NCBI GenBank assembly: GCA_946497925.1 | Contig: CAMMMG010000003.1 | Location: forward strand, 1-56,977 | DNA from: an uncultured Mycoplasmatota bacterium | GTDB taxonomy: Bacteria; Bacillota_I; Bacilli_A; RF39; UBA660 | Length of the DNA: 56,977 nucleotides | Reading direction: 5' to 3' | Shown: in pieces, positions 36,413-46,384 of the stretch | How positions within the stretch are numbered: the stretch's first letter is position 1 | Layout: each line of letters starts with the position of its first letter | Made by a program: the position numbers and the translations under genes | The notes under the pieces: model-generated | What the model saw: only the letters and a program-made list of their open reading frames with translations | Told to the model about the DNA's origin: nothing | The model's database searches: none

Positions 36413-37696
36413 TCAATATCTATAGTTGTAGTCTATCGTTCCCCATTTACTTTTTACTATTCTTTTAGGTTTTTCTTCTATTACAGTTCCAAGTGGTAGT
36501 TCATATAAATCTTTTTTTATACTGTAATTAGTAAAAGTATTACCTAAATATACTCTATTATTAATATGTCCTATTACGACTGGGGCATTTATAGATGGAT
36601 AATCTATTAAATTTTCTAATACTTTATAGTTAGATTTTTTTATCGCTTCTTTATAAATCTTTAAATGTCTTCTTTTTTCACTTGCAGATAATTGTTCAAA
36701 CTCATGTGAAGGAATTGCATAACAATCTTCATAACTGCAAATTTCTTCTACATAAATATTTCTATCATTAATGTAATTTATTGTCTTTTCAATATCTTCA
36801 TTTGTTTCTTTAGGAAAGCCACTCATTAATATTGTATTTATTACTTTTCCTTTTTCTTGTAATCTTCTTACAATAAAGTCATATTTTTCAAGATTATGGC
36901 CTCTATTCATAGCAGTTAATAATTTATCACTAGCACTTTCTAATTGAATAGTTACATCAATTACTTTAGGATTATTAGCAATCTCTTCTAATAATTCTTT
37001 GTACATATTCTGTACTGTTATTTCATTTAATATGATGTATTTTAAATCTTCTTCCATACTTAAATCATGAATAAATTCATGAAGGACTTGTTTTTTATAA
37101 AGGTCTAGTCCATAAAGAGTTGTATTTTCTCCTGATAAAGCGATTATTTTAGTGCCTGTTCTTATTTTTTCTTTTAAATAATTTAAAGCTGTATAATATT
37201 CAATTGATTCTACTTTCTTAGGATAGTAATGTTGTTTACAAAAACTACATTTATTAGCACAGCCATCTTCTAACATAAACTGGATATAAACATCATTAGA
37301 ACATAATTTTCTAGTAGCATGTTCTAAGGATATTTTTTTGGTAGTTCTTTTGTTTTCCTCATTAATATAATTTGTTATTGGTACTATAAAGTCTTTGTTT
37401 TCAATTATTTTAATATCTTCTCTATTTTTTACAAAATCTAGTTCTTTTATGAGGCTTGATGAGCATCCTGTTATTATTAGAATAGATTCTTTCTTTTTTG
37501 CAATACTAAAATAGTAACTTGTTCTTATACAATCATCAATAGCAGGACCTGTTCCAGCACATGTTGTATAAACTAATATGTCGGCAGTCTTATAATTTGT
37601 TGTTATTGTATGATTAGCTGCTTTTAGTCTTTCCTTTAAACTTTGTGTTAAAGTATCTTCTCTTACACAACCATCATTTAATATAAATACATCCAT
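36413..37696 (-). CDS. radical SAM methylthiotransferase-family protein (MiaB/RimO/MtaB-like)
   Basis: N-terminal three-Cys UPF0004-type domain (NDGC, TTCAG, ITGCSS) and radical SAM motif CANKCSFC. Confidence 0.65.
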   Translation of the reverse strand: MDVFILNDGCVREDTLTQSLKERLKAANHTITTNYKTADILVYTTCAGTGPAIDDCIRTSYYFSIAKKKESILIITGCSSSLIKELDFVKNREDIKIIENKDFIVPITNYINEENKRTTKKISLEHATRKLCSNDVYIQFMLEDGCANKCSFCKQHYYPKKVESIEYYTALNYLKEKIRTGTKIIALSGENTTLYGLDLYKKQVLHEFIHDLSMEEDLKYIILNEITVQNMYKELLEEIANNPKVIDVTIQLESASDKLLTAMNRGHNLEKYDFIVRRLQEKGKVINTILMSGFPKETNEDIEKTINYINDRNIYVEEICSYEDCYAIPSHEFEQLSASEKRRHLKIYKEAIKKSNYKVLENLIDYPSINAPVVIGHINNRVYLGNTFTNYSIKKDLYELPLGTVIEEKPKRIVKSKWGTIDYNYRY

Positions 37697-37764
37697 AGTA
37701 TCACTTCCAATTTATTGCATACTATAACATGAAAGCTACTTTTTTTCAAGATTAAGGTCTTTAC

Positions 37765-37880
37765 TTATAAATTATTATTACTTACACTACTACTATCTCT
37801 TAAATTTAAATAGTAATTATTATTTTCTAAAGACTTGGGTGTACCATCAGCAACTTTCTTTCCTTTATCAATAATAATTA
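37765..37880 (-). pseudogene. C-terminal remnant of an ABC-transporter ATPase
   Basis: The minus-strand frame reads VIIIIDKGKKVADGTPKSLENNNYYLNL...*, the typical last strand and helix of an ABC ATP-binding subunit. There is no upstream coding continuation. Confidence 0.4.
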
Positions 37881-37905
37881 TAACAGAAAAAAGAACTAAA
37901 TATTT

Positions 37906-38355
37906 TTAGCTCTCTTCTAATTCATCTTCATCAACTACAACTAAATCTTTTAAATCTTCATTAGCATCATCATAGTCATCATCGTCATCTGTATCACCAG
38001 AGTCATAGTTATCTTCTTCAGATTCATCTGGTAAGATTGTATCTTCTTTAATTTCTTCATCCTCTTCTTCTTCGTCCTCATCATCTGTTACTTTAACTAT
38101 CTTATCAGAAGTATGACGACTTCTTAAGTCCCAGTTACCATCTTCTAGAAGAATGAATCTTTTATCAGTTGTAAGAAGTGTATAATAGTCACCTATTTTC
38201 TCCTCAAAAGTTTTATTAGGAAGTTCTAGTAATGTTACTACTCTTTTAAAAAGGTCAGCAGTATTCATTTTTCCTTCTTCTTCTAATATATAATATGTTA
38301 TATCCTTATGCGATAATAATTCTAAATCTTCTTTTTTCATTTTAGCTAACTTCAT
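37906..38355 (-). CDS. rpoE: DNA-directed RNA polymerase delta subunit
   Basis: HARE-HTH N-terminus (LSHKDITYYILEE...LTTDKRFILLEDGNWDLR) plus a long D/E-rich tail. Confidence 0.85.
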   Translation of the reverse strand: MKLAKMKKEDLELLSHKDITYYILEEEGKMNTADLFKRVVTLLELPNKTFEEKIGDYYTLLTTDKRFILLEDGNWDLRSRHTSDKIVKVTDDEDEEEEDEEIKEDTILPDESEEDNYDSGDTDDDDDYDDANEDLKDLVVVDEDELEES

Positions 38356-38476
38356 AAAAATTCCTCCTATAGCTAAGACATTATATGTAATAATTTTTTA
38401 TTTGTGTATTAAATCAGATAAAGTTATAGCATGATTTCATATAAAAGGCAATACTTTTTTATATATTTATATTTTT

Positions 38477-40219
38477 TTACATTTTTTCTGGCACTTCAAT
38501 GGCAAGTATATCTAGTAGTTCTTCGTTGGTTTCTTTAACTAATTTTGTTAATGTAAGCCAGCTTTCTTTTATCTTTTCATCACTTTCAGTTAAGATGTGA
38601 TTTGCCTCATAAAATCTACTGTATAAGCTTGTCAAGTTATAAAGATAATCTGCTATAGAACTTAAATCTTTATTATTATAAGCTTTATGTAAAATATTAT
38701 TCTTCTCCATTAATAAAAGGATTATTTCTTTTTCTGTATCTGTTGGTTTATTATAGTAGTTACTATAGTCTATACCTCGTTCTTCTGCTTTCTTTAAAAT
38801 AGATTTCATTCTAATAGTATTATATAAAATATATGGTCCTGTTTTTCCTTCTACATCAATAAATTTACTAGGCTCAAAGATATAATCTGTTGTTCTATTA
38901 GGTAAAAAGTCAGCATATTTAATCGCTGCGATAGTTATTTTTTCAGCTATTTCTTCTTTATTATCCATATCTTTATTCATATGAGTAAGTATTTCTTCTT
39001 TGACACTTTGAATTAGGCTTTTTAGAGTTGCAGCATTACCATCTCTTGTTTTAAATGGTTTACCATCAGTTCCATTCATCGTTCCAAAGCCATAATACTC
39101 TAAAACTGTATCTTTAGAGACAAGTCCTGTTTTATAGGCTGCTCTAAATACTTGCTCAAAGTATAATCCTTGACGCATATCTACTACATACCATATTTCT
39201 TTAGGATTAAATCTTTTCATACGGGAAGTGATAGTTGCAAGTTCCCTTGTGGCATATAAAGTTGCTCCATTACTTTTAATAACTACAAGTGGTGGCATAG
39301 GTGCTTTATCATCATCTTCTATTACTTCAACTATTTTCGCTCCTTCACTTTCTATTAAATAACCAGATTTTTCCATTGTATCAATAGTTTCTTTTATATA
39401 AGGAAAAGCATCACTTTCTCCTTCCCACAAATCAAAGTCTGTATTTAATTCTTTATAAATACTCTTTATATCTTTAGTAGATATTTCTTTTATTTTATTC
39501 CAAAGAGCGACATATCCTTTGTTTTTACCTGATTCTAATTCGGCAGTTATATCTCTTACTTCATCCATTATCTCTTCGTTTTCTTTAGCTTTTATACTTG
39601 CAGTAGGATAGATTTCTTCTAAATCTTCTCCTGTTATAGGTAATTCATCCCAAGTAGTTTCTTCTTTTCCACTAAAATAGTTAAGATTAGGATATCTTTC
39701 TTTTATCTCATATATTACCATTCCAGATTGACGACCAATGTCTCCAAAGTGAACATCAGCGATTACTTCCTTACCAAGATGTTTTGCAAGTCTTTTTAAA
39801 GCTTCACCAATATTTGCACTTCTTAGATGTCCCACATGAAGAGTTTTAGCGATATTCGCACCACCATAATCGATGATGATTCTATCACTATCTAGTTTTT
39901 CCACATCTTTTGTGGAACTCTTAAAAACTTTTTCCACATATTCTGTTAATAACTCATCCTTAAAACTTAAGTTAATAAAACCTGCTCCTGCAATATTAAT
40001 ATCTTTAAAATATTCTGTTTCTTCTAGACATTTAACTAGCTCTTCTGCGATATCTCTTGGTGATTTATGTAGGATTTTAGCAAGCTTCATGGCATCATTT
40101 ATTTGATAGTCTCCTAACTCTTTTTTTCCACTTGTTAATAGTTTTACTTCATCAAGTGGAATATTATTTTCCTTAAACTTATTTAATATATCTTTTTCAA
40201 CAGTATTTAAAAAATTCAT
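38477..40219 (-). CDS. argS: arginyl-tRNA synthetase
   Basis: HIGH-type motif (AKTLHVGHLRS), an Arg-tRNA-synthetase N-terminal domain, and a DALR anticodon-binding C-terminus. Confidence 0.9.
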   Translation of the reverse strand: MNFLNTVEKDILNKFKENNIPLDEVKLLTSGKKELGDYQINDAMKLAKILHKSPRDIAEELVKCLEETEYFKDINIAGAGFINLSFKDELLTEYVEKVFKSSTKDVEKLDSDRIIIDYGGANIAKTLHVGHLRSANIGEALKRLAKHLGKEVIADVHFGDIGRQSGMVIYEIKERYPNLNYFSGKEETTWDELPITGEDLEEIYPTASIKAKENEEIMDEVRDITAELESGKNKGYVALWNKIKEISTKDIKSIYKELNTDFDLWEGESDAFPYIKETIDTMEKSGYLIESEGAKIVEVIEDDDKAPMPPLVVIKSNGATLYATRELATITSRMKRFNPKEIWYVVDMRQGLYFEQVFRAAYKTGLVSKDTVLEYYGFGTMNGTDGKPFKTRDGNAATLKSLIQSVKEEILTHMNKDMDNKEEIAEKITIAAIKYADFLPNRTTDYIFEPSKFIDVEGKTGPYILYNTIRMKSILKKAEERGIDYSNYYNKPTDTEKEIILLLMEKNNILHKAYNNKDLSSIADYLYNLTSLYSRFYEANHILTESDEKIKESWLTLTKLVKETNEELLDILAIEVPEKM

Positions 40220-40248
40220 AGTATCCTCCTTTTATTTTTATGATTTTC

Positions 40249-41253
40249 TTAATCTAATACTTTCTCTACTTCGCTTATTAACTGTTCTTTATTTGGAATA
40301 TAATATGTATATGTTGAAGCGAAAATATTATTTGATAGGCCCCCTAAAGCATATTCCATATCAATTTCTTTTTTACCTTTACAAAGTATTATACCTATTG
40401 GTTTATTATCATACTCATCATTTATTTCAGAATCATAATAATTTAAATACATATTCATTTGACCTGCATATTCTGGTTTCATTTTTCCTATTTTTAAATC
40501 AATAAGAATATAACATTTTAATATCTTATTGTAAAAAACCATATCAACATAATAGTGAGTATTTCCAAGAGTTATTCTTTGTTGTGTACCCACAAACATA
40601 AAGCCTTTACCAAGTTCAAGCAAAAAATCTTCCATATGTTTCACTAGTTTTCTTTCTAAATCTTTTTCTAAAATAGGTTTTGGTTCTTTTAAATTTAAAA
40701 ATTCAAATACATACGGTTCTTTCAATATATCTTCTGGTACATTTATTGTTTGTCCTTCCTTTGAAAGAGCATATACTTTTTCTTTATTACTCTTGCCTTC
40801 AGACAATAATAATCTTTCAAATAATGAAGTATCTATTTGTCTTTTAAGCTCCCTAACACTCCAGTTAGAGTTTATACATTCCTTTTCATAAAAATTTCTT
40901 TCATCTGTATTTTCAATGCTTAATAGTTCACAATAGTGTGACCAACTTAATTTTCCAGACAGTGTCTGGAATTTTGGATATGTTATATAAAATCTACGCA
41001 TATTAAATAAATTACTAACTGAAAAACCAGAACCTAATATTTTTCTTAATTCTTTTGATAGTTCTTTCATTACTTGTTTCCCATATTCGGCTTTTATATT
41101 ACCGCTTTGTTCGTTTTCTACTATTATTTTTCCAACGTTCCAATATGCTAGTAACATTGTATTATTTACTTCATAAGCAACTTTTTGTCTACTACTTACA
41201 ATTACTTCTTTTATATCTTCTATTATTTTTTTATTAAATGTTAAACTTTGCAT
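40249..41253 (-). CDS. DUF1016 / YhcG-family PD-(D/E)xK nuclease-like protein
   Basis: N-terminus ...RQKVAYEVNNTMLLAYWNVGKIIVENEQ...AEYGKQVMKELSKEL..GFSVSNLFNMRRFY and a C-terminal D..(D/E)xK-like core (YVDMVFYN...ILIDLKIGK). Confidence 0.7.
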   Translation of the reverse strand: MQSLTFNKKIIEDIKEVIVSSRQKVAYEVNNTMLLAYWNVGKIIVENEQSGNIKAEYGKQVMKELSKELRKILGSGFSVSNLFNMRRFYITYPKFQTLSGKLSWSHYCELLSIENTDERNFYEKECINSNWSVRELKRQIDTSLFERLLLSEGKSNKEKVYALSKEGQTINVPEDILKEPYVFEFLNLKEPKPILEKDLERKLVKHMEDFLLELGKGFMFVGTQQRITLGNTHYYVDMVFYNKILKCYILIDLKIGKMKPEYAGQMNMYLNYYDSEINDEYDNKPIGIILCKGKKEIDMEYALGGLSNNIFASTYTYYIPNKEQLISEVEKVLD

Positions 41254-41280
41254 AAGTAATTCCTCCTCGTCTTAAAAATA

Positions 41281-41643
41281 TTACAATATCCTCCATTCCA
41301 CCTTAAACACATGTTTAAAGTCATTACCTTCAATTTCATATATTACTTCAAAAGACTCTCTATCTTTATTTATCTTAAATGTCTTCATAGGAACAAAACC
41401 TGTTTGTTTTAAATCTTTTAGAAACACTTCAAAATTAGTTTTTTCGTTCTCCACAAATTTATAACTTAAAATAGTATCTTCTGTTTCTCTTAACATAATA
41501 TTATCATCTAAGAAAATAGTTAGAAGTGCTTTATCATCTTGATACTGGATTAATTTTTTTTCATTGTCTAGAGTTCCTTTGCCTTCAAAAGGTAATTCTT
41601 CGTCTTTATTTTTTATTTTCGCTTTTATAAATACATCTTTCAT
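41281..41643 (-). CDS. DUF1934 (YwiB-like) beta-barrel protein
   Basis: The size, the alternating beta pattern, and a position upstream of argS (as for B. subtilis ywiB) fit this family. The call rests on motifs only. Confidence 0.4.
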   Translation of the reverse strand: MKDVFIKAKIKNKDEELPFEGKGTLDNEKKLIQYQDDKALLTIFLDDNIMLRETEDTILSYKFVENEKTNFEVFLKDLKQTGFVPMKTFKINKDRESFEVIYEIEGNDFKHVFKVEWRIL

Positions 41644-41851
41644 AGAGGTTCTCCTTTTATCATAATTAATAGAAGCCGTCGCCGGCTGAACAAACTACAT
41701 ATAAAACACCACTGTTTCAGTTTTTTTAATTATAAAACCTTTTAACCCTTTTTTCGACTTAAATTATAACAAAAAACTATTAAAGTTACAACTTATTTGT
41801 TTGAATGATAATTTTTTGGACATGATATATAAAGAAAGGATGATTTTGTTT

Positions 41852-43813
41852 ATGAAAGTTTTGAAGAAGTGTTTAAAAATATTTATAATTCTTATAGGAC
41901 TTTTTATTGTGGGTAATATCTGTGTTTATACTTATGCTAAATTAAGTCCTAAGATTGAGATAAAGAATGCTAATAGTTTTATGCTTTTTGATAGTGATAA
42001 TAAAGTGTTTTTTCAAGGAAGTGGTTCTAGGGAATGGATTAGTCTTGATGATATTTCTCCATACTTGATAGAAGCGACAATAAATACTGAAGATAGAAAC
42101 TTTTATAAACATATTGGTTTTGATTATCTTAGAATATTAAAAGCAATGGCTGTTAATATAACTAGCGGTACTACTAGTCAGGGGGCAAGTACGATTACGC
42201 AACAGTATGCTAAAAACTTGTTTTTAGATTTTGATAAGACTTGGAAAAGAAAATGGGATGAGATGTGGTATACAATAGAAATAGAGTCTCATTATAGTAA
42301 AGATGAGATACTTGAAGGTTATCTAAATACTATTAATTATGGTCACGGTAAATATGGAATAGAGACTGCTAGTAAATATTACTTTGGGAAGAGCGCTAAA
42401 GATTTAACTTTAGCAGAAGCTGCTATGCTTACTGGTATTCCTAAGTCTCCTAGCAATTATTCTCCTTTTGTTAATTTAGAGAAAGCGACACAGAGGCAAC
42501 AGATGATTCTTAAGAATATGTATGATGATGGTGTTATTAGTGAAGCGGAATATAATAAGGCTCTTGATGAAGAGTTAAAGTTTATAGGTGAGGAAGAAGA
42601 AGATGAACTTGAGAGTGTTATGTATTATCAAGATGCTGTTATTGAAGAGTTAAAAAGTCTTAAAGAAATACCTGAATCTTTTCTAGAAACTGGTGGTCTT
42701 AAAGTCTATACTAGTCTTGATATGTATGCTCAAAAAGAATTAGAAGAAACTGTTAAAAATACTATGCCTGATAGTGATTTAGAGACTGCTAGTGTAATGG
42801 TTAATCCTAATAATGGGAGAGTTATAGCTTTAGTTGGTGGTAAAGACTATAGTAAATCAGAATTTAATAGGGCTGTTAATGCTAAAAGGCAGGTAGGTTC
42901 AACGATGAAAGCTTTTCTTTATTATGCTGCTTTAGAAAATGGATTTACGGCTTCTACTACTTTTACTAGTGAAGAGACTACTTTTACTTTTAATAATGAT
43001 CAAACTTATTCACCACAGAACTATAATGGCACTTATGGTAATAAACCTATTTCTATGGCCACTGCTATCGCTTATTCTGAAAATATTTATGCTGTTAAAA
43101 CTCATATGTTTTTAGGAGAAGATACTCTTGTTGATATGGCTAAGAGACTTGGTATTACTTCTAAACTTGATGAGGTGCCTTCTCTTGCTCTTGGTACTAG
43201 TGAGATTGGTATGTTAGAAATGGCTGGGGCATATGCTGCTTTTGCAAATGAAGGATATAAAGTAACACCACACTTTATTACTAAGGTTGTAGATAAAGAA
43301 GGTAATGTTTTATATGAAGCGGATGAAGAGAAAGAACTTATACTTAATTCTAGTTTAACTTTTATTTTAAATAATTTGTTAACGGCAACATATGATGCTA
43401 ATTTTATTGATTATAACTATCCTACTGCTGTTAATCTTGCTAGTAGAATGACTCATAAATATTCTTTAAAAAGTGGTACTACTAATACTGATAACTGGTA
43501 TATTGGCTATAATAAAGATATAGTAACTGCAGTATGGTGTGGTTATGATGATAGTAGGGACTTGAAATCTAGTGAATATAAATATGCTCAGAATATTTGG
43601 CTCAATGCGATGGAAAGTTATATGAAAGATAAAGATGAGGCTTGGTATAGTCAACCTGAAAATGTGGTAGGAGTTTTAGTTAATCCAATTACGGGGAAAC
43701 CTGCTGTTGATAGTGATGAGAAAAAAATAATTGAATACTATGTTAAAGGAACAGAACCTAGTGCAGATGATCCTGTTTTTGATGAGATTAGTAGAAATAC
43801 TAGTAGTAATTAG
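41852..43813 (+). CDS. bifunctional class A penicillin-binding protein (glycosyltransferase + transpeptidase)
   Basis: GT51 motifs EDRNFYKHIGFD and GASTITQQ. Transpeptidase motifs STMK, SEN and KSGTT. AAAGGATGA Shine-Dalgarno before ATG 41852. Confidence 0.9.
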   Translation: MKVLKKCLKIFIILIGLFIVGNICVYTYAKLSPKIEIKNANSFMLFDSDNKVFFQGSGSREWISLDDISPYLIEATINTEDRNFYKHIGFDYLRILKAMAVNITSGTTSQGASTITQQYAKNLFLDFDKTWKRKWDEMWYTIEIESHYSKDEILEGYLNTINYGHGKYGIETASKYYFGKSAKDLTLAEAAMLTGIPKSPSNYSPFVNLEKATQRQQMILKNMYDDGVISEAEYNKALDEELKFIGEEEEDELESVMYYQDAVIEELKSLKEIPESFLETGGLKVYTSLDMYAQKELEETVKNTMPDSDLETASVMVNPNNGRVIALVGGKDYSKSEFNRAVNAKRQVGSTMKAFLYYAALENGFTASTTFTSEETTFTFNNDQTYSPQNYNGTYGNKPISMATAIAYSENIYAVKTHMFLGEDTLVDMAKRLGITSKLDEVPSLALGTSEIGMLEMAGAYAAFANEGYKVTPHFITKVVDKEGNVLYEADEEKELILNSSLTFILNNLLTATYDANFIDYNYPTAVNLASRMTHKYSLKSGTTNTDNWYIGYNKDIVTAVWCGYDDSRDLKSSEYKYAQNIWLNAMESYMKDKDEAWYSQPENVVGVLVNPITGKPAVDSDEKKIIEYYVKGTEPSADDPVFDEISRNTSSN

Positions 43814-43860
43814 TATAATTTAAAATTTTATTAATATAATTACTTTGAGAGGATGATTTG

Positions 43861-44214
43861 ATGAATAATAATTTTGATACTTATCCTAATCAAAGTACTG
43901 ATCCACCTTATCAAAACTTTGATTATGATTATAACCCTAATATGAATAATATTCCTAATAACAATGATACTGTTCCAATTAGTGGTGATATGGATTATGC
44001 AGAGAATATTTTAGAATTAAATGTCGGTAAAGAAGCTAGTTTCTATATGTCATATTCTGATTCCCTAGAATGGCGTGATAGAGTATTTACAGGAACTATT
44101 ATAGGTGCAGGTAGGGACTATGCTGTTGTTAAAGATAGTGAGAACCGTATTTTCTTACTTTGGACTGTATACCTTAATTATGTAGAGTTTAGAGAAGATA
44201 TTACTTTAAGATAA
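43861..44214 (+). CDS. gerQ: spore coat protein GerQ
   Basis: YAENILELNVGKEASFYMSYSDSLEWRDRVFTGTIIGAGRDYAVV...LLWTVYLNYVEF matches the conserved GerQ/YwdL core. The N-terminus is N/Q/P/Y-rich. Confidence 0.75.
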   Translation: MNNNFDTYPNQSTDPPYQNFDYDYNPNMNNIPNNNDTVPISGDMDYAENILELNVGKEASFYMSYSDSLEWRDRVFTGTIIGAGRDYAVVKDSENRIFLLWTVYLNYVEFREDITLR

Positions 44215-44264
44215 TTTACTCTTCTCTTTTTCTTTGCTATAATACTATTAAGGATGTGATACTA

Positions 44265-44795
44265 ATGATTTATGCTATTATTGGGGGAATTATTGTATTA
44301 ATTATTTTGATTTGTGTAATTATGGTTTTAGTTTATAAAAATAGATATAACTTTTTATATATAAAGGTAAAGGAAGCAGATAATAATTTAGATATCTTAT
44401 TGCAAAAGAAAGAAGAAATATTACTAAAAATAGTTCCTATTTTGGAAGATGCTAAAATAAAAGATATTCCTGAAGTTATTAAATTAAAATCAAAAAGAAT
44501 TAATCATCATGAGTTATATCAAGAGTTAATGAATATGACTAGCGAAATTTTAAAGTTAATAGATGATTATGAAGATAAGTTAGATTTTAAAAAGTTAGAT
44601 TCTTTAGTTGATAAATTAAATGAAAACGAAAATGATTTAAGAGCTGCTTTAAAATATTATAATGATAATGGGGAAGAAATAATTTATCTTTCTCATAAGT
44701 TTCCTACTAATTTAATTAAGACTTTTTCTCATTATCAAGATATAGAAACTTATAAAATAGAGAAAAGAGAACCTTTTGAAATATTAAAGCATTGA
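44265..44795 (+). CDS. LemA-family membrane protein
   Basis: N-terminal TM followed by YKNRYNFLYIKVKEADNNLDILLQKKEEIL, a LemA-like helical domain. Confidence 0.5.
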   Translation: MIYAIIGGIIVLIILICVIMVLVYKNRYNFLYIKVKEADNNLDILLQKKEEILLKIVPILEDAKIKDIPEVIKLKSKRINHHELYQELMNMTSEILKLIDDYEDKLDFKKLDSLVDKLNENENDLRAALKYYNDNGEEIIYLSHKFPTNLIKTFSHYQDIETYKIEKREPFEILKH

Positions 44796-44821
44796 AATAG
44801 TGTTAAAATGTAAGAAATTGT

Positions 44822-44847
44822 AGACATAGAAGTATGTCTCTTTTTTT
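44822..44847 (+). terminator. intrinsic terminator after the PBP-gerQ-lemA block
   Basis: AGACAT, a 6-nt loop, ATGTCT, then C TTTTTTT. Confidence 0.6.
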
Positions 44848-44962
44848 ATAATAATTTGTTTTAATCGTGTCATAAATAAATATATTTTTCCATTTATTTC
44901 CAATTATTATGCATAAAAAAAGTTAATGATAATTGTATCAGTAACTTTAGTAAAAATTATTT

Positions 44963-46282
44963 TTATTTCAATACTTTTGTATAGCCTTGTTCTATTTTTA
45001 TATTTGTCGCCTCATGAAACTGGTTTGAGATTAAATCAAAAAATTTATCTTTATCTTTGCTAACTAATGTATAAATTTCTTCAAATGTTTTATTAATAAA
45101 TTCCTTTGGTGATAGTTCATCTATTTCTTCTTTTAATCCTTTTTGAACTTCTAATTTATTAATAAAATTTCTTAATTCATTGATAACAGTTTGAATAAAT
45201 ATATTGTCTATATCTTCATTTTCTTTAGCAGTTAATTGTTCTAGTATATTTTGAATTTCTAGACTTGAAATATTATCATCATTAATTTTTGCAACTTGAA
45301 GTTCTTTTGCAGCAATTATAACTTTTTCTTGGTCTGGCGTACCATCTTCTTTTGTTATGCTTTTCCATTTTATCGCTTCATATTTCAAATGTATGTTATC
45401 ATCATTTAAAAGATTATCACTATTAAAAGTTTTGTTTTTTGAAATTGTTAAGAAATGATGAATTCCTTTACCAGTACTACCTGTAAATATGATAGCAGAT
45501 TTACATACATTTTCATTAAAATATTTAGTAAAATCTTTTTCATTTATATTATAAGGTAGATATCTACGGAATTCTTTGTTTATCTTTTCAAAACAAATTC
45601 CATTAAAGCGATGTAATTTATCTTTTATTTCTATATCATTTATTCCATAAATAAAATTTCCAAATTCATTATAACAATATTTATCTTGTCTATCATTATA
45701 TTTTATTAAATGCTGTAATCCATAAGTGTAATCTTGTTCAAAAGTATTACTATCTTTTATTTGATAAATTTTTGTTAATAGCGGTTGTTTTCCTGTTTTT
45801 CTTCCTTCTTTTATATTTTTCATATATCGTATAACAAATCTTGTATCTGCATTAATACCAAAACTAAAATAATTTTCTCTTTCTTTTTCAAAAATTAATT
45901 CATAATCATCTTTTATAAATGTTAATTGAGAAATTATTGGTATAGTTGAATTTGTATAATACAAGCTTTCTATTCTATAGTTAGGGTTAGTGATAATTAC
46001 ATTAATGAATTTTGTGCTACCACTATAGTTTAAAAGTCTTGCATTTTCTGTATATTGTGATGTAACTATTGTATTTTCTTTCTTATCTACTACTTTTATA
46101 AATGGCGTATTATAATCAATTGATTCAATATCATAGTCTTCTAATCTAGTAGTATCTACAGAAATATTAAAAAAATTTAGAACATCAACTATTGTTGCTT
46201 TTTCATCGGTCCTTTCTCCAATATATCTTTTATAAGTCCTTTTTATTGCTCTTTTTAAATATTCTTCTTTGTCATTATACAT
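44963..46282 (-). CDS. hypothetical 439-aa protein (orphan, no recognisable domain)
   Basis: Long uninterrupted ORF, monocistronic between convergent and divergent neighbours. The C-terminal ~100 aa are helical and E/K-rich. Confidence 0.6.
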   Translation of the reverse strand: MYNDKEEYLKRAIKRTYKRYIGERTDEKATIVDVLNFFNISVDTTRLEDYDIESIDYNTPFIKVVDKKENTIVTSQYTENARLLNYSGSTKFINVIITNPNYRIESLYYTNSTIPIISQLTFIKDDYELIFEKERENYFSFGINADTRFVIRYMKNIKEGRKTGKQPLLTKIYQIKDSNTFEQDYTYGLQHLIKYNDRQDKYCYNEFGNFIYGINDIEIKDKLHRFNGICFEKINKEFRRYLPYNINEKDFTKYFNENVCKSAIIFTGSTGKGIHHFLTISKNKTFNSDNLLNDDNIHLKYEAIKWKSITKEDGTPDQEKVIIAAKELQVAKINDDNISSLEIQNILEQLTAKENEDIDNIFIQTVINELRNFINKLEVQKGLKEEIDELSPKEFINKTFEEIYTLVSKDKDKFFDLISNQFHEATNIKIEQGYTKVLK

Positions 46283-46384
46283 AATAGGCCTCCCTTGCTA
46301 TATATCTTAACATATTTTTATTAGTTGTGGTAAAGATTATGATATTTTTATAACAATATAAAAAACTAGTATGGTTATTACTAG

